This document shows, piece after piece, positions 36,375-39,238 of a stretch of 39,238 nt of DNA. Below the pieces are notes generated by a model. The model had not been told where the DNA came from and did no database searches. It was given only the letters and a program-made list of their open reading frames with translations. This DNA is from a bacterium (GTDB taxonomy: Bacteria > Zhuqueibacterota > Zhuqueibacteria > Oceanimicrobiales > Oceanimicrobiaceae). Position numbers and translations under genes: made by a program. Where the stretch lies: positions 1 to 39,238 of the forward strand of contig JBHHXN010000029.1 in NCBI GenBank assembly GCA_046757025.1. The letters run 5' to 3'. Positions within the stretch are counted from its first letter, which is position 1. Each line of letters opens with the position of its first letter.

Positions 36375-36534
36375 GTTGAGGCTGTCTAAAAAACCAAAAT
36401 TTCTGTTACTCGCCCTGAGCCTGTACTGGCGAAAACGGAGAACGAGAATCGATAGCTTTTAGATTATTCTGGATTCCTGCTTTCGCAGGAATGACAATTC
36501 AATGCTTTGTTTCGACATTTTGGACAGCCCCAAC
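36375..36534. mobile_element. MITE-like element with terminal inverted repeats and an internal REP hairpin
   Basis: GTTGAGGCTGTCTAAAA ... TTTTGGACAGCCCCAAC (15/17 inverted match); internal CTGGATTCCTGCTTTCGCAGGAATGAC (36469-36495). Confidence 0.6.
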
Positions 36535-36644
36535 TACCGAAGCTCAAATTATGAAGGAGAATTATAAGAAAACGATTTAACAGTTTGAGCCATTCATGCA
36601 ATTCACTTGAATTACAACAAAATCAAATGCAGCCTATATTGAAT

Positions 36645-39053
36645 ATGAAAACATTTAAACCCTTCAGTTTTTTAGTTTTGATTTGTCTGTCGCTTGCGTG
36701 CAAATGGAGTCCGCAGCCGCGCCTTCGCGATCTCATTCAACCCATTGTACTCCATGCCGGCAAAGCAGACACACTGCTGGTAACGGATTTATTCTACTCC
36801 GACGACTATTTTTTGGATTTCCAAGCGAATCCGAATTTGGATGTGCGCTACCAGCTTAAAACGCGCAGGTTGATTCTGAAGGCCGACTCTTCCTTCGAGG
36901 GCGGCACCCTGCTGGAATTTACATTGAAGGGCGAGAAATATCACATTCTAATTTCTTCGCGAAAAAAGCAAAAATACACCTTTCGATTTCGTCCGCCTTC
37001 GCCGCCACAGAGACGCATGAACCTCATGGGCACCTTTAACGACTGGCACCGCAACAGCCTGCCCATGCACGATGCGGACGGCGATGGCGAGTATGAAATT
37101 ACTCTGGAATTAGACCCGGGGCAGTATCTTTATCAATTCGTCATCGACGAGCACGAAATCTGGGATCCCGAGAATCCGCAAAAAGTGGACAACGGATTTG
37201 GGAGTTTTAATTCGGTGGTTTCCGTTCCCGAGCGTCATACTGACAAAGCTTTTCTGCACGTGACCGGCTTCCGCGCCACCGCTGCCACCACAACCCTGAA
37301 TTTCATCTACGAAAAAGCGAATCAGCGCGCGCCTCTAAAGGCCAACCAGGTCATCGTTTTGCTCGACAATCTTGCGCTGCAAGACGAGCAAATCCAGATC
37401 GTCGGCAACGAGATAAAAATTCATCTCAACGCCAAAGATTCCGTAGGTGAAAAAACGCTGCGATTGCTGGTCACTCAAAATGGGCAATCCACCAATCTGC
37501 AGACCGTGCGGCTACAAAACGGCATCCCTGCTGGCGCGCAAAAAGGTCGCTTTATCTGGCACGACGCCATCATCTACGCCGTGATGCCTGACCGATTTTT
37601 CGACGGCGACACCAGCAACAGCCATCCCGTGCAGCACGACTCCTTAGACCGAAAAGTTAATTACCAGGGCGGCGACTTGCAGGGCATCCTCGACAAATTG
37701 GAAAGCGGTTATTTCGATTCACTGGGCGTGAACACCTTGTGGATTTACCCGATCAATCAAAACACTGACGAGGCGTTTAAAGAATGGCCGCCGCCGCACC
37801 GCTACTATTCGGCCTACCACGGCTACTGGCCCACACACCATGAGAAAGTGGAAGAGCGTTTTGGTGACCTGCAACTTCTGCAAACCCTGGTGGCGAAAGC
37901 CCATGAGCACGGCATCAAAATTCTGCTGGATTTTATCGCCAACCACGTCCACCGTGACCACCCGTTTTATCAGGAGCATCCGGACTGGTTCGGCGTGTTA
38001 GAGCTGCCGGACGGCCGCAAAAATATTCGCTTCTGGGATGAATACCGACTGACCACCTGGTTCGAGCCGTTCCTGCCGTCCTTCGATTACCTCGGCTCTG
38101 ATGCAGCACTGGAAGCCATGACCGACAACGCTGTATGGTGGCTGCAACAAACCGGCGCCGACGGCTTCCGTCACGATGCGGTCAAACACGTACACAATCG
38201 TTTCTGGCGGCTTTTGACTCAAAAAATAAAACGTGAAATTGAAATTCCGCAAAATCGATCTCTCTTTCAAATTGGCGAAACTTTTGGCAGTTATGAATTG
38301 ATCCGCTCGTATGTCAACAACGGACAGCTCAATGCCCAATTCAATTTCAATCTTTACGACACCGCACTTTATGTGTTTCTAAATTCCGAAGCGGATTTTT
38401 CCATTCTGGCCAAAGAGCTGGAGAAAGCTTTTCGCGTATTCGGTTTCAACCATCTGATGGGCAACATCATGGACAGCCACGACAAGGTGCGCTACATGGC
38501 CTACGCCGACGGCGACATCCGTCTGAACAGCAGCGACGCCCAGGAAATGGGCTGGCGCAATCCACCGCGCGTGTCCTTTGCCGCAAGCTATGATAAAGTC
38601 AAACTCTACCTAGCGTACTTGCTGACCATTCCAGGCGTACCCGCCATTTATTATGGCGACGAAATCGGCATGACCGGCGCCACGGATCCCGACAACCGCC
38701 GCATGATGCGCTTTGACGATGAACTCAACAATCTTGAAAAACAGATGCTAAAAGAGACTCGCAAAATAATCCAGCTGCGCAAACAGCATTCCGCTCTGCG
38801 GCACGGTGATTTTCAATCACTCTTTACAAATGAAAACTGTTTTGTTTATTTGCGATCAGACATGCATGAACGCGTTCTTGTAGTTCTGAACAAAAGCGCT
38901 CGTCCGCAAAAAATCGATATCAATTTACCCGAATTCTACCACATAGAAAACGCGTTGGACACGGTAACTGGTGAAGAATATGACATTCAACAAAACATCC
39001 TGTCGTTGAATTTACCGGCCATCGGTTGGAAAGTACTAAAAATGAAGCTTTAA
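36645..39053 (+). CDS. GH13 alpha-amylase-family lipoprotein with CBM48-like domain
   Basis: Probable start ATG 36645, lipobox SLAC; MGTFNDW..PGQYLYQFVID..DPENP (CBM48-like); DFIANH, GFRHDAVKH, GETF and DSHD catalytic regions intact. Confidence 0.95.
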   Translation: MKTFKPFSFLVLICLSLACKWSPQPRLRDLIQPIVLHAGKADTLLVTDLFYSDDYFLDFQANPNLDVRYQLKTRRLILKADSSFEGGTLLEFTLKGEKYHILISSRKKQKYTFRFRPPSPPQRRMNLMGTFNDWHRNSLPMHDADGDGEYEITLELDPGQYLYQFVIDEHEIWDPENPQKVDNGFGSFNSVVSVPERHTDKAFLHVTGFRATAATTTLNFIYEKANQRAPLKANQVIVLLDNLALQDEQIQIVGNEIKIHLNAKDSVGEKTLRLLVTQNGQSTNLQTVRLQNGIPAGAQKGRFIWHDAIIYAVMPDRFFDGDTSNSHPVQHDSLDRKVNYQGGDLQGILDKLESGYFDSLGVNTLWIYPINQNTDEAFKEWPPPHRYYSAYHGYWPTHHEKVEERFGDLQLLQTLVAKAHEHGIKILLDFIANHVHRDHPFYQEHPDWFGVLELPDGRKNIRFWDEYRLTTWFEPFLPSFDYLGSDAALEAMTDNAVWWLQQTGADGFRHDAVKHVHNRFWRLLTQKIKREIEIPQNRSLFQIGETFGSYELIRSYVNNGQLNAQFNFNLYDTALYVFLNSEADFSILAKELEKAFRVFGFNHLMGNIMDSHDKVRYMAYADGDIRLNSSDAQEMGWRNPPRVSFAASYDKVKLYLAYLLTIPGVPAIYYGDEIGMTGATDPDNRRMMRFDDELNNLEKQMLKETRKIIQLRKQHSALRHGDFQSLFTNENCFVYLRSDMHERVLVVLNKSARPQKIDINLPEFYHIENALDTVTGEEYDIQQNILSLNLPAIGWKVLKMKL

Positions 39054-39238
39054 TTAAAACGGAATTTTCAGTATTTAAAAGCGATTATGGTGATTCCGCA
39101 ATCCGGGAGAGGGTCATTGGGGTATAGAAAATGGAAGATAGAAGATGGAAGAAGATGAAGGAAAATACCCTTACCTTTTATACCTTACTCAAGTTTCGCA
39201 CTTAGATAATTTAAACAAAAACAAATAAGGTCAAGCTG

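Overview
Bacterial chromosomal window, most consistent with an FCB-superphylum lineage such as KSB1, Calditrichota or Ignavibacteria (inferred from SusC/SusD, PorV-family and T9SS-CTD proteins combined with strong Shine-Dalgarno use). Left part: a lipoprotein gene, a ~1.1 kb structured regulatory region (sigma54 promoter, activator-like palindromes, a candidate antisense sRNA with its own promoter and terminator, a Met/Cys-rich uORF), a SusC-SusD pair and a stand-alone plug-like lipoprotein. Middle part: a YhaO/YhaN (SbcD/SbcC-like) pair, an ACT protein, an unannotated 50-aa ORF, a KaiC-less kaiB / pseudo-receiver / REC-PAS-GGDEF-EAL operon, phhB and tRNA-Met. Right ~23 kb: a LacI-led, SusD-less alpha-glucan utilisation locus (TonB-dependent receptor, large Ca-repeat CTD protein, PorV-family barrel, multi-CBM20-like T9SS cargo, FG-GAP/ASPIC cargo, SGNH-TPR, PpiC-like lipoprotein, sodium:solute symporter, GH13 lipoprotein). 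Intergenic regions carry REP/MITE-like elements. No CRISPR array, rRNA or intact transposase seen. All calls come from reading motifs by eye; no database searches were run.
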